Shown here piece by piece: positions 16,827-25,131 of a stretch of DNA of 32,000 nt. The notes under the pieces were generated by a model. The model worked only from the letters and a program-made list of their open reading frames with translations. It did no database searches and was not told where the DNA came from. Both the position numbers and the translations under genes were made by a program. The DNA comes from Ignicoccus pacificus DSM 13166 (GTDB lineage: Archaea; Thermoproteota; Thermoprotei_A; Sulfolobales; Ignicoccaceae). The stretch covers positions 240,001-272,000 of the forward strand of contig CP006868.1 of the NCBI GenBank assembly GCA_025340205.1, read 5' to 3'. How positions within the stretch are numbered: the stretch's first letter is position 1; each line of letters starts with the position of its first letter.

Positions 16827-17579
16827 TTATATGGCCTGTGGGGCCAACAAGTACTCAACCACTCCTCCTGCCACTATGTTGAACTTGAGGTAAAGCGGGG
16901 CATCGCTACTAAACCTTATCTCTACCGTATCAGAGACCTTGGTTAGACTCAGTATGTTCTTGAGGAACGTCAAGTCATAGACGCCCTTGGAAGGCTCGTC
17001 GACCTCCAGCTCTATTAGGGCTGTAGAAGCCCTGGTCAGTTTGGTAGTAGCTCCCTCAGCTCCAGCTCCTACAGCTTTGATGAGCAAGGTATCCGTATCC
17101 GGTGCTTCGAACTCCACGGAGTCGCCGATCGCCTCCGCGTCCCTTATTGCGTTGTTGAGGACCTGAGCCAAGATGCTTGCCCTTACCTTGAAGTCTAAGG
17201 ACTCCACATCAGGTACCTCTGGCTCGGGAACGTCCAAGTTTGTTATAGAATACCTCTTGATGAGGTTGCCCTTGAGAACTATCTTCAACCTAGCTCCTTC
17301 CTCCTCCGTTCCCATCTCGAGCTGGTATCCCTTCTTTGCTCTCTTTAGGAACTTCATTATGTTGGCTATATTGAAGCCTAAGCTTTCGGTTCCCTCGACC
17401 TCATATTCGAGGAATACGTCCTTGTCTAGGGTGACCACTATCAAGGCCACTTGAGCAGGATCCATGGCCTTCATCGTAACCTTGTCTTGGTCAGCTATGA
17501 GTGCTATTTCGTTAACTATCTTTCCTAAGGCCTCCACTATGCTTTGGAAGACCTTCGTCTCAGGGTAGACGAGTCTCAA
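16827..17579 (-). CDS. pcn: DNA polymerase sliding clamp PCNA
   Basis: The 250-aa product shows the two-domain PCNA pattern (MRLVYPETKVFQSIVEALGKIVNEIAL..., MDPAQVALIV, FNIANIMKFLKRAKKG). The start is TTG, preceded by GGGGAG about 9 nt upstream. Confidence 0.92.
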   Translation of the reverse strand: MRLVYPETKVFQSIVEALGKIVNEIALIADQDKVTMKAMDPAQVALIVVTLDKDVFLEYEVEGTESLGFNIANIMKFLKRAKKGYQLEMGTEEEGARLKIVLKGNLIKRYSITNLDVPEPEVPDVESLDFKVRASILAQVLNNAIRDAEAIGDSVEFEAPDTDTLLIKAVGAGAEGATTKLTRASTALIELEVDEPSKGVYDLTFLKNILSLTKVSDTVEIRFSSDAPLYLKFNIVAGGVVEYLLAPQAI

Positions 17580-17597
17580 ACTTCTTCTCCCCGGAAG

Positions 17598-17759
17598 CTA
17601 GTGGGTCATCTCGTATCTTAGCTTGTTTCCGTCGAACGTTATCTTGAGAGATCCGTTCTCTCCCTTTATAATTATTTCCTTCGCCTTCAAGTTTAACGAC
17701 TTGTCCAAAGTTTCTACCATGGCTCCGAGAAGGGTGACCGTCTTGTCGAGCTTGTTCAT
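17598..17759 (-). CDS. Unlisted 53-aa ORF directly upstream of PCNA and probably co-transcribed with it
   Basis: It runs ATG to TAG and encodes MNKLDKTVTLLGAMVETLDKSLNLKAKEIIIKGENGSLKITFDGNKLRYEMTH. An 18-nt gap to the PCNA TTG contains an SD-like GGGGAG, and a TATA-like box lies upstream. It is below the 60-aa cut-off of the ORF track. Confidence 0.4.
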   Translation of the reverse strand: MNKLDKTVTLLGAMVETLDKSLNLKAKEIIIKGENGSLKITFDGNKLRYEMTH

Positions 17760-17793
17760 GATAGCCCTTTGAGGGGATAGAGGGGAAGGGTAG

Positions 17794-17800
17794 TATTTAA
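17794..17800 (-). promoter_or_regulatory. TATA-like box (TTAAATA on the minus strand) for the small ORF-PCNA unit
   Basis: Its centre lies about 38 nt upstream of the ATG at 17759. Confidence 0.3.
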
Positions 17801-18470
17801 GGGAGGGAACGCCGACATCCAGTTATTGATTTTTCGACATAGTACTCACGATCAACGCTCATAAGATGTTGATTATTTCCTCATTTTTAAGATAAAGATG
17901 AGTTTTTGTAGATCGAAGTTTTCTAATTGAAAATTATCTATAAACAGAGCAGATTAATCAAAACAAACTTGCCATTCCCTATTGAGACTTCTTCTGTTGC
18001 CCTTCCAAGTCTTCAGTTCCATCCTCTCTTAACATCGCTTTCTCCCTTCAATTGATCTCAAACTTCCTTTTCCACACTTCTGGGAGAAACCGCTCATATC
18101 CTTGTCCGCTCTCATGAATACAAAGATAGAAGCATCAAAGGGCAAGTCTAAGATCAGTCATTATGTGACAATTGAAAGGTATGAGATGGAACGTTGTGTG
18201 TTCCCATAGGTGCGAAATTAGTGCTGTCCGCTTCCAGATCCTCCTATGTAGTTATTCCCTCTCTCACTTCTCATTTTGGTTTCAAAGGCTTCAAGTTTGG
18301 TAGAAAAACGCTTCATAAGAACTACGTGCAGCCTTCCTCCTTTTGATGCATAAATGGGTTCTTATGGGGAAGATCTGGAGAAAACCATTCGATTCACTAC
18401 ATGGTTAGAAGTAGCGGTTTCTAAAACAACACTTTTCACCAATTGGTGAATAGTAGAACAAGGGGATTCT

Positions 18471-19325
18471 TTGAAGCTTCGGCCGCTTTGGACCTTAAAG
18501 CTGAAGAACAAGGTAGAGAGCATAGCATTCTCAGATAAGGGTACTCTTGGCATAACCTCCGACAGATGTGCTTTTATTGTAAATGAGAAGGGGGAGCTTA
18601 TCTCGAGGATCTGCGGAAAGGCCGAAATGTTCGGTGCCTCCTTCAACAAGCTCTTCGGATTCATGAACGTCGACGATTACGCCTATTTGGTCCTCCCGGA
18701 GGGCAAGCTCGAAAAGAGGATATTCGCTGGAGAGCAATGTAACGAATCCATAACCATGCTGGAGGACTCCTTCATAGCTTGCCGGTACAAGTGCGCCTTG
18801 ATAGATCTTCACGGTCAGAAGAGATGGGTTACAGAGGTAGGTCACGTTCCCAGCGGACCGGCTGTCAAGGAAGGAGTAGTTTATGCTCCCGATGAAGAGA
18901 AGCTCTCATTGCTGCTCATGAAACTCAATAACGGAGAAATAATCAAGGAAATAGATCTGGGAGAGGAGGCCTATGACGCAAAGGTCTGTGGGGACAAGCT
19001 CGTGGTCGGAACGGCTTCTACGGTGAGGATATTCGACGTAAGCGACCCTCTAAACCCTAAGCCGATAAAGAGGATAGAGGGCTTCTTGGGAGCTTGGTCG
19101 GTTGCGTTCCCTTCAAGTTGCGATAAAATAGCGGTAGCCGACTTCTCCAACTTTACCTTGAAGGTGTTCGATCTAAACGGTAACTTACTGTGGAAGAAGG
19201 TGTATGAGATCATAGGATCTGAAGAGATAGAGGGCATAGAGGTCCATTCGGTCGCTTGGAAGGATGATAGAATAGCGGTGGGCCTTAGGGACGGAACGGT
19301 TTACTTGTATGAGGTCTCAGAGTAG
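18471..19325 (+). CDS. Beta-propeller repeat protein (WD40/PQQ-like), short paralog
   Basis: It has a TTG start and is roughly 30% identical by eye to the C-terminal 290 aa of the 22327-23571 product. Shared blocks are ITMLEDSFIA/ITMLEDGFLA, CGDKLVVGT..VRIFDVSDPLNP/CGNRLAVGT..VHLYDISDLLNP, GAWSVAF/GAWSIAF and SVAWKDDRIAVG/SVAWWRDRLVVG. Confidence 0.65.
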   Translation: MKLRPLWTLKLKNKVESIAFSDKGTLGITSDRCAFIVNEKGELISRICGKAEMFGASFNKLFGFMNVDDYAYLVLPEGKLEKRIFAGEQCNESITMLEDSFIACRYKCALIDLHGQKRWVTEVGHVPSGPAVKEGVVYAPDEEKLSLLLMKLNNGEIIKEIDLGEEAYDAKVCGDKLVVGTASTVRIFDVSDPLNPKPIKRIEGFLGAWSVAFPSSCDKIAVADFSNFTLKVFDLNGNLLWKKVYEIIGSEEIEGIEVHSVAWKDDRIAVGLRDGTVYLYEVSE

Positions 19326-19898
19326 CCAAGTCCTCTTTAGATACTCTATTAGCTTTTGGGAGACGAAGGGCTTCCCGTCTATTACCGGATACCAGTACGG
19401 TATCTCCTCATATCCCTCCATTCCGGGCATTGAAGGCATCTTTACCCTAAGTCCTTTCATTATTTCTATCTCCTCTAACCTCTTTCCTCTTGATATCAAG
19501 TAAGCCACAGCACAAGCCCCGTCTATCGTGAACTGACCCTCTCCTATGTTCCTGACCAACACATCCCTTGGGAGCCTTGATGTTAATTCTCTCCAAGTCC
19601 TTCCCTTTGGAGGATGAGATCCGAGGATCCCTCCCACTATCACAGTTCCTCTAGCCTCCTCCGGCTCTAGAGCCTTCTTTCCCTTTGGATCCAAAACCAC
19701 CCAAGGCCTCGGCAACCTTCCCAAGATCTCCACTACGCTCCTCTCCTCAAAGGCTATTCCTAAGCTCCTCAAGAACTCCTTGAGCTCGGGATGCTTGACA
19801 TTGGTTATTAAGAGATCTTTGCCGAGAAGTTGGAAGGCGTGCTCATACTCAATAAAAAGCCACTCGCTCGGCTCCTCCAAGTTCTCTATTACTATCAT
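19317..19898 (-). CDS. SPOUT-fold SAM-dependent methyltransferase, Sfm1/DUF431-like
   Basis: From memory of the yeast Sfm1 sequence, [37 protein letters not shown] and the [11 protein letters not shown] blocks match Sfm1 (MKYIIEHMEEGFSEW.., GGILGDHPPRDRT..). The start overlaps the KaiC-like stop (ATGA). Confidence 0.6.
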   Translation of the reverse strand: MIVIENLEEPSEWLFIEYEHAFQLLGKDLLITNVKHPELKEFLRSLGIAFEERSVVEILGRLPRPWVVLDPKGKKALEPEEARGTVIVGGILGSHPPKGRTWRELTSRLPRDVLVRNIGEGQFTIDGACAVAYLISRGKRLEEIEIMKGLRVKMPSMPGMEGYEEIPYWYPVIDGKPFVSQKLIEYLKRTWLL

Positions 19899-20725
19899 TC
19901 CTCCTCTTCCCCGAAGACGTCCTCCGTCTTCTTGGCGGCTTCCTCCATCTCCTTCACTACTTTCTCGGGGAGAGGCTCTATGTAGGCCCTTCCTCCTCTT
20001 ATCCTCAGCACCTTGTCATAGTACACTATTATGCCCTTGTCAGTTATGTCAAAGGGATGCCTCCTCATGTCGTGCTTGGTTCCTCTCATCTTCCACACTA
20101 TTAGGGATCTGTAGAGCTCACCGTCGTATTCGTCTAGGTCCATCCTGATTATTCCGTCTGCAGCGTGCTCCACTCCGGGACCTCCGAATCCCCTCTCGGT
20201 TGCGGACACTTGGCTCACCAGGATGCTGGTAACTCCTAGTCCGGAGAGCACCCTCTTTAGGTTCATTACCACGCTTCTAGCCACCACGGGCTTGGTTAGG
20301 TAAAGGGTGGAGACCGAGTCCACCGCTCCCCTCTTGGCTCCCGTGTCCCTTATGGCCTCCTTTATTACATCAATCAGCATGTGAACGTCGGTAGGATCCC
20401 TCACCACGTACTTCTCTCTCTTGGCCGCCTCCCCTATTCCTCCGGTGAAGGCGTCTATTATCGCGAACATACCCTTCTTCTCATACTTCCTAACGTCCCA
20501 TCCGAACTGGAGCATGTTTCTCCTTACTTGAACTGGATGTTCCTCTAAGGCAACGTAAATGCCGGGCTCCCCATGTTGTAAGCCGTACCAAAGGTACTGC
20601 TGAGAGAATATGGTCTTTCCGGTACCGGGACCTCCGCTTAGCAATACCACGTTTCTCTCAGGAATTCCCCCGTAAAGTATCTCGTCCATCCCGGGTATTC
20701 CGGTCTTCACCCTCTTGACTATCAA
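19895..20725 (-). CDS. KaiC-like single-domain RecA-superfamily ATPase
   Basis: [33 protein letters not shown] contains the Walker A motif. A Walker B-like AIIDAF and the typical roughly 250-aa archaeal KaiC/RadA-paralog layout are present. The start is TTG and the C-tail is acidic. Confidence 0.85.
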   Translation of the reverse strand: MIVKRVKTGIPGMDEILYGGIPERNVVLLSGGPGTGKTIFSQQYLWYGLQHGEPGIYVALEEHPVQVRRNMLQFGWDVRKYEKKGMFAIIDAFTGGIGEAAKREKYVVRDPTDVHMLIDVIKEAIRDTGAKRGAVDSVSTLYLTKPVVARSVVMNLKRVLSGLGVTSILVSQVSATERGFGGPGVEHAADGIIRMDLDEYDGELYRSLIVWKMRGTKHDMRRHPFDITDKGIIVYYDKVLRIRGGRAYIEPLPEKVVKEMEEAAKKTEDVFGEEEE

Positions 20726-20837
20726 GAAGCTCTACCCGTTTCAGTTAAGCGAACAGAGGCAAATAAGGGGAGGGCTCCTCAGAGGGATAAGTCAAGTCAC
20801 CGCTCCTTCCGGGCATGAGACATCATTGGAAAAAGGG

Positions 20838-21791
20838 TTACTCGAGACCGGTTATCTTCGCGTACATCTCCGCGAAGCTGGGAACTTCCACTCCTACAGA
20901 GGAGAAGAACCTCCTGATCTGCTGAATGTCGTGCCTTAGGAACTCGTCCGCGTAGGGATGGCTTATCGGTACAGCTTGGCTGACGTCTATTATCACTGGC
21001 TCTTCCTTCCAGTACATGATGTTGTACTCGTTTAGGTCGGCGTGAACTAGCTTAGCCTTCTGATACATCTTAACCATGTAATCATAGACCGTGTTGAATA
21101 TTTTGGTCCACTCCTCCACGTCGAGCTGGTTCTTGGGCTTGGCTAGCTCTACTAGCAAGGGCGCCCTTCTGCAACCCTCACCTATGAACTCCATTACCAA
21201 GACGTTCTTGTAAACGGCTATGGGCTTGGGAACCCTTATTCCAGCTTGCATCATCCTCTTTAGGTTCCTGAACTCCTTCCTCGCCCAAGCGTAGATGAGT
21301 CTCCTAAGGCCTCTGTTAGCTATCTGCTCGAACCTGGGGTCTCCGATGATGTACTTCCTTATGCTCTTCCTGAACTCGGCGGTGCTGGTTAGGTAAATCT
21401 TCACGGCTATGTCATTTCCTTCGGGGTCCTTGGCGCAGAAGACCCTAGCCTCCTTACCGGCGGAGATAGTTCCCAAGAGCTCTCCTATTACACCTCTTCT
21501 CATGAGCTCATAGACCGCCATCTGGGTGGACATATCGAATACTTCTTCTACGGTCTCGAAGAGGTCCTTGTCCTTCTGCCTCTTCAGGAATCTCCTCCTC
21601 TGAACTAACTCCTTGGGAATGGGCTCCTTTACTTTCTCTTCCTCCTCTTCTCCCTCCTCGACTAGGGGCTCTAGGGTCTCTTCCTCCTCTTCCTCTACCA
21701 CTTCCTCCTTCTGGACCTCCTCCTCGCTGGGCTTCTGCACCTCTTCTTCTACCTTAGTCATTATCTCCTCTACCTTCTTCTCCTCGGTCAT
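20838..21791 (-). CDS. rio1: RIO-type serine/threonine protein kinase, Rio1 type, with an acidic low-complexity N-terminal extension
   Basis: ISAGKEARVF (the STGKEA-like P-loop), VKIY, LVHADLNEYNIMY (catalytic loop) and IDVSQAV (metal-binding loop) are present. The start overlaps the aIF1A stop (ATGA). Confidence 0.9.
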   Translation of the reverse strand: MTEEKKVEEIMTKVEEEVQKPSEEEVQKEEVVEEEEEETLEPLVEEGEEEEEKVKEPIPKELVQRRRFLKRQKDKDLFETVEEVFDMSTQMAVYELMRRGVIGELLGTISAGKEARVFCAKDPEGNDIAVKIYLTSTAEFRKSIRKYIIGDPRFEQIANRGLRRLIYAWARKEFRNLKRMMQAGIRVPKPIAVYKNVLVMEFIGEGCRRAPLLVELAKPKNQLDVEEWTKIFNTVYDYMVKMYQKAKLVHADLNEYNIMYWKEEPVIIDVSQAVPISHPYADEFLRHDIQQIRRFFSSVGVEVPSFAEMYAKITGLE

Positions 21792-22192
21792 GCTCCCTCA
21801 CCTCCTTCCTCTTGCTCTTCCATAGCCATCTGCTGGGCGGTTGCGGCTATCTCCTCCTCGGTAATTCCAGCTAACTCAGCTATCTCCTTGGGAAGGAGGC
21901 CCTTAGCTAGGAGCCTCTTGAGCTCGTCCCTTTGGTAGCGGTAGGTGACGTCCGCCTTGTCGGGCTGGAAGTCCCAGATGGCAGCTATTACCACGTCTCC
22001 TTCCCTTATCCAGACCCTCCTCCTCATCCTTCCGGGTATTCTCGCCTTTCTTACCTTCTCGGGATCGTCTAGGCACCTAATGAGGACGTGATCGGCTCCT
22101 ATGATCCTCTCGACGACGCATAGGACCTCTCCTTCGCCGGGGAGGACTATCTCTTTGGTCCTTTCCGACCTAGGTCTCTTCTTCTTCGCCAA
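21788..22192 (-). CDS. eif1a: Translation initiation factor aIF-1A, with a roughly 35-aa acidic C-terminal tail
   Basis: The start is TTG. The S1-like OB fold is seen in GEVLCVVERIIGADHVLIRCLDD..RKARIPGRMRRRVWIREGDVVIAAIWDFQPDKADVTYRY. Confidence 0.92.
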   Translation of the reverse strand: MAKKKRPRSERTKEIVLPGEGEVLCVVERIIGADHVLIRCLDDPEKVRKARIPGRMRRRVWIREGDVVIAAIWDFQPDKADVTYRYQRDELKRLLAKGLLPKEIAELAGITEEEIAATAQQMAMEEQEEGGEGA

Positions 22193-22287
22193 CTTGACAC
22201 CATGATTAGAGAGACAATGGATGGATTAAATATCTCGGGGGTTATCGCTTGGAGGACCCTTGAGGTCTTAGTTTTACCACTGAGAGC

Positions 22288-22295
22288 TTATTTTA
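22288..22295 (+). promoter_or_regulatory. TATA-like box (TTATTTTA) for the long beta-propeller paralog
   Basis: It ends 31 nt upstream of the TTG at 22327, in the divergent intergenic region shared with aIF1A. Confidence 0.3.
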
Positions 22296-22326
22296 GTCTC
22301 TTTGAGGGAAATAGAGCGGTGAGCTA

Positions 22327-23571
22327 TTGGGTGAAGAAGTAGCAAAGATCAAGTGTTGTTGCGCCGATGATGGGGCTTATTGCGAAAAACTGCTACCCCT
22401 CTGGAGGAACAAAGGAGATGCCATCATAGTTCTACTGGATAGTAAGGATGAATTATACGACACTGGTCCAGAAAAGCATAACATAGCAACCTCGGAGGTA
22501 GGAGAGGAAAAGGAGAAGATAATAGTCAAAATAAGCCAAGAGGTGACCCTTGATACTTTTCCGGTATTCGTGGAGATTGATGGATTGTTTTTGGATAAGG
22601 TGATTTGTAGAGGCGATTTAATTCTTCATAGCAGAGATGACAATAAGGTAATCTTGAAGGTCGAAAGAGATAACGAATGTCATCTCGGGAAGAGACTTTG
22701 GCTGCTTTGGAGTCTAAGGAGTAGAGGAGGAGCGTACTGGGGCTTAACTTTCTCTAATAATGGATACTTAGGAGTCGCCTCCAACTGTGCCTACATCGTA
22801 GATCCTCGCGGCGAGGTGGTAAGCGAACGATGTCCAGAAGAAGGACCAGTCAGAAACGTTTCCTATTGTTGCGGTAAGTTTGGGTTTGCGTATAAGAGCC
22901 ACGTTCTCATTTATGATCTGAAGGAAAACGAGTGGAAGGAGATTTATACAGGTTTTGTTGGAACTCGAGCAATAACGATGCTCGAAGATGGCTTCTTGGC
23001 TGGTTTCGATTATCTAGCGCACTTCGACTTCCATGGAAAAAAGAAATGGAAAGTTGATATACAATGGGTCGAAAACGGTCCCGTTGTTAACGAGAAGTAC
23101 GTTTATGTTCCACGAGCATATTGGCCACGCGAGAATCAGGGTGCGCTAACGATACTCAAGCTTTCAGATGGTAGTGAACTGAAGACGATAAAGTTCGATG
23201 AAATCGTATGGAACGTTCAGATATGCGGAAATCGCTTAGCTGTTGGAACAGTTCATAATGTCCATCTTTATGACATAAGTGATCTTTTAAACCCTCGTGA
23301 ACTTTGGAGGAGGAACGGGATTGCTACCGAGTGCGAGGTATCCACGTGTCATGGAGCGTGGAGCATAGCTTTCTCCCCAAATTGTAAGTACGTGGCGAGT
23401 AGCGATGTAAGGGACATGAAGATCCACATATTCGATGTAGAGACGGGCGAACAAGTGCTGGAGAAACGCTTTGGGAGCTATGCTAGGTCGGTTGCTTGGT
23501 GGAGGGATAGGCTGGTCGTCGGAATAGACTATAAGAGGCTTCATCTCTTCAAGGTAACCGGCTTCGACTGA
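22327..23571 (+). CDS. Beta-propeller repeat protein (WD40/PQQ-like), long paralog with a roughly 120-aa Cys-containing N-terminal extension
   Basis: It is paralogous to 18471-19325 (see the blocks listed there). The N-terminus contains KCCCADDGAYCEK. The start is TTG. Confidence 0.65.
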   Translation: MGEEVAKIKCCCADDGAYCEKLLPLWRNKGDAIIVLLDSKDELYDTGPEKHNIATSEVGEEKEKIIVKISQEVTLDTFPVFVEIDGLFLDKVICRGDLILHSRDDNKVILKVERDNECHLGKRLWLLWSLRSRGGAYWGLTFSNNGYLGVASNCAYIVDPRGEVVSERCPEEGPVRNVSYCCGKFGFAYKSHVLIYDLKENEWKEIYTGFVGTRAITMLEDGFLAGFDYLAHFDFHGKKKWKVDIQWVENGPVVNEKYVYVPRAYWPRENQGALTILKLSDGSELKTIKFDEIVWNVQICGNRLAVGTVHNVHLYDISDLLNPRELWRRNGIATECEVSTCHGAWSIAFSPNCKYVASSDVRDMKIHIFDVETGEQVLEKRFGSYARSVAWWRDRLVVGIDYKRLHLFKVTGFD

Positions 23572-23624
23572 ACCTTTCACTAAAATACCCTCAAACGACG
23601 GCTCAAAACCACTTGGTGTCTTAG

Positions 23625-23894
23625 TTGCTCAGAGAGGCGGCGGAGAGGATAAGGAGGCACCTAGGAGTTCACTTGGTTCAATTAAGGATCGAGGAAAACA
23701 GAGTGATAGTGAACGTCTTCATAGCTGAACGTCTGAAGCCGGGAGAGCTGGAGGAAACGATAATAGCTGCTAAGGATTCCAGCTTGATCTACCTAACCGC
23801 CTATGCAAACCTAAACCTCAAGCTTGTGAAAGAGGAGAGCGAGTGCTCTCAGGAGGGATGTTTGATCAAGTTAGTTTTCAAGATAGTTTCATAG
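23625..23894 (+). CDS. Hypothetical 89-aa protein
   Basis: This is an ORF with a TTG start and plausible composition. I recognise no motif, and it lies at the edge of the ORF-poor region. Confidence 0.3.
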   Translation: MLREAAERIRRHLGVHLVQLRIEENRVIVNVFIAERLKPGELEETIIAAKDSSLIYLTAYANLNLKLVKEESECSQEGCLIKLVFKIVS

Positions 23895-24052
23895 GCAAAG
23901 AGGAACGTGAAAATCTTGGAACAACTATTCCTAGATAACACTAGGCTCTTAGCATCGCGAGTACTATACCTCATCAAGGAATGTTAACAATGATGAGATC
24001 GTGAAGTGAGGTCTGAAGTTAATTAACCCTCTTTCCCTTCGCCTTTCATGAA

Positions 24053-24123
24053 GGCGGGCGGGATCAGAGACCTCGCGGTCTGTCATCCATCCACATAACC
24101 GAGCCTCATCATCCCCGCCCGCC
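24053..24123 (-). ncRNA. GC-clamped box C/D (K-turn)-like small RNA candidate, copy 1
   Basis: The minus strand reads GGCGGGCGGGG-AUGAUGA-(38 nt)-CUGA-U-CCCGCCCGCC. It has a 10-11 bp all-G/C terminal stem, C and D boxes in the canonical positions, and forms a GC island in AT-rich non-coding DNA. Confidence 0.45.
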
Positions 24124-24717
24124 AATGTTCTCTGTCTTCCTAGAGGTAATCACGATAGAGAGTACATCGAAAGTGCTCCTTGAACTTCCTATTCACTCAT
24201 AAATAAACAAATACTCATCCCTTGGAATTACTCATAGAATTCATGGAGCGTACTCTTCATAGTGTCCAAGCGTAATATAAAATAAGTACAACTTAGTTCT
24301 TTCAACCACGTCTTTGAGGATGTGAAATGTTGGTACCTCTTTGTCCAAGAAGCCAACTCGTGATCATTGCGTCGTAGAGATATCAGCCTCGTGACACAAG
24401 ACTCCGAATACGGCAAGTTCCACTCCTACAAGTCTCAGCCATAACACCCCAGAGGAATCTTGTAAACTTGTTGAAGCTAATCCAATCGGTTAGAATATGG
24501 GAAGTTTTAGAAGTTCGTTTCTTGATCAATTCATCGGACATAGGGACACGTCATTAAAATGCTATTCAAGATCGATAGCAAGCTTGACTCTTAGAGCCAA
24601 GAGAACCGATTCACACAGTTCTCAAAAGCTTTACAGCTAAAGGTCTCTCAAAGGTATCAAGCAAAGATAAAGCTCTGTGTTAGGAGAATTCATCAGGACA
24701 TAGGTTGAGCCTCCATC

Positions 24718-25131
24718 TCAACGCAAGTAGAAATATAACCAAGTTCCCGCCCCAGCGATAAAGCCTATTAGAAACGAACGGAGAAGGTTGGACTTCGGCC
24801 TCTCCACTATTTCAATTGCCAGAGTGGAGATGCTTATTAAATCGTAGAAAAACAAGAACTTAGCTAGAAGGAGGAATTTCTCCAGAGGGCTATAGAGGCC
24901 CGCAACTAGGGTAACCAGCTGGGTAAGGAAGGAAAACTGAACTATTGCAAAGAACACTTCATCTTTCGTACTGCTTCTAGCAAATATTATTGATATAGAA
25001 TTGATCGTGGTTTGCGCTAGAAGCAAGGCTATCCAAGAGGCTTCTGATACGAAGGCCTCCTTAAGGAGGCTGAAGTAAGAGAAGAGTAAGATAGCGTAAG
25101 AGAGCAGCGCCTCCAGATTACCCTTCCTCAC
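24718..25131 (-). CDS. Hypothetical integral membrane protein (about 4 TM segments)
   Basis: The 137-aa product has hydrophobic segments throughout. Its GTG start overlaps the end of the upstream 43-codon ORF. Confidence 0.5.
   Translation of the reverse strand: MRKGNLEALLSYAILLFSYFSLLKEAFVSEASWIALLLAQTTINSISIIFARSSTKDEVFFAIVQFSFLTQLVTLVAGLYSPLEKFLLLAKFLFFYDLISISTLAIEIVERPKSNLLRSFLIGFIAGAGTWLYFYLR

Noticed and set aside
17830-18470. Replication origin in the AT-rich spacer next to PCNA
   Set aside because: I found no ORB or mini-ORB-like inverted repeats (no ..CCAGTGGAAA..-type boxes) and no adjacent orc1/cdc6 gene. AT-richness alone is insufficient, so it is kept only as an unexplained spacer.
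24228-24416. A 62-aa minus-strand ORF in the AT-rich spacer
   Set aside because: It has no motif, an odd composition, no start context, and lies within the diverged duplicated non-coding segment.
24528-24704. A 17/18-nt near-repeat, AATTCATC(A)GGACATAGG, at 24528-24544 and 24687-24704
   Set aside because: It is probably non-random, but I could not connect it to any structure. There is only a weak C/D-like reading on the minus strand (CUGAUGA with no convincing D box). It may simply belong to the eroded duplicated segment, so I do not call it a feature.
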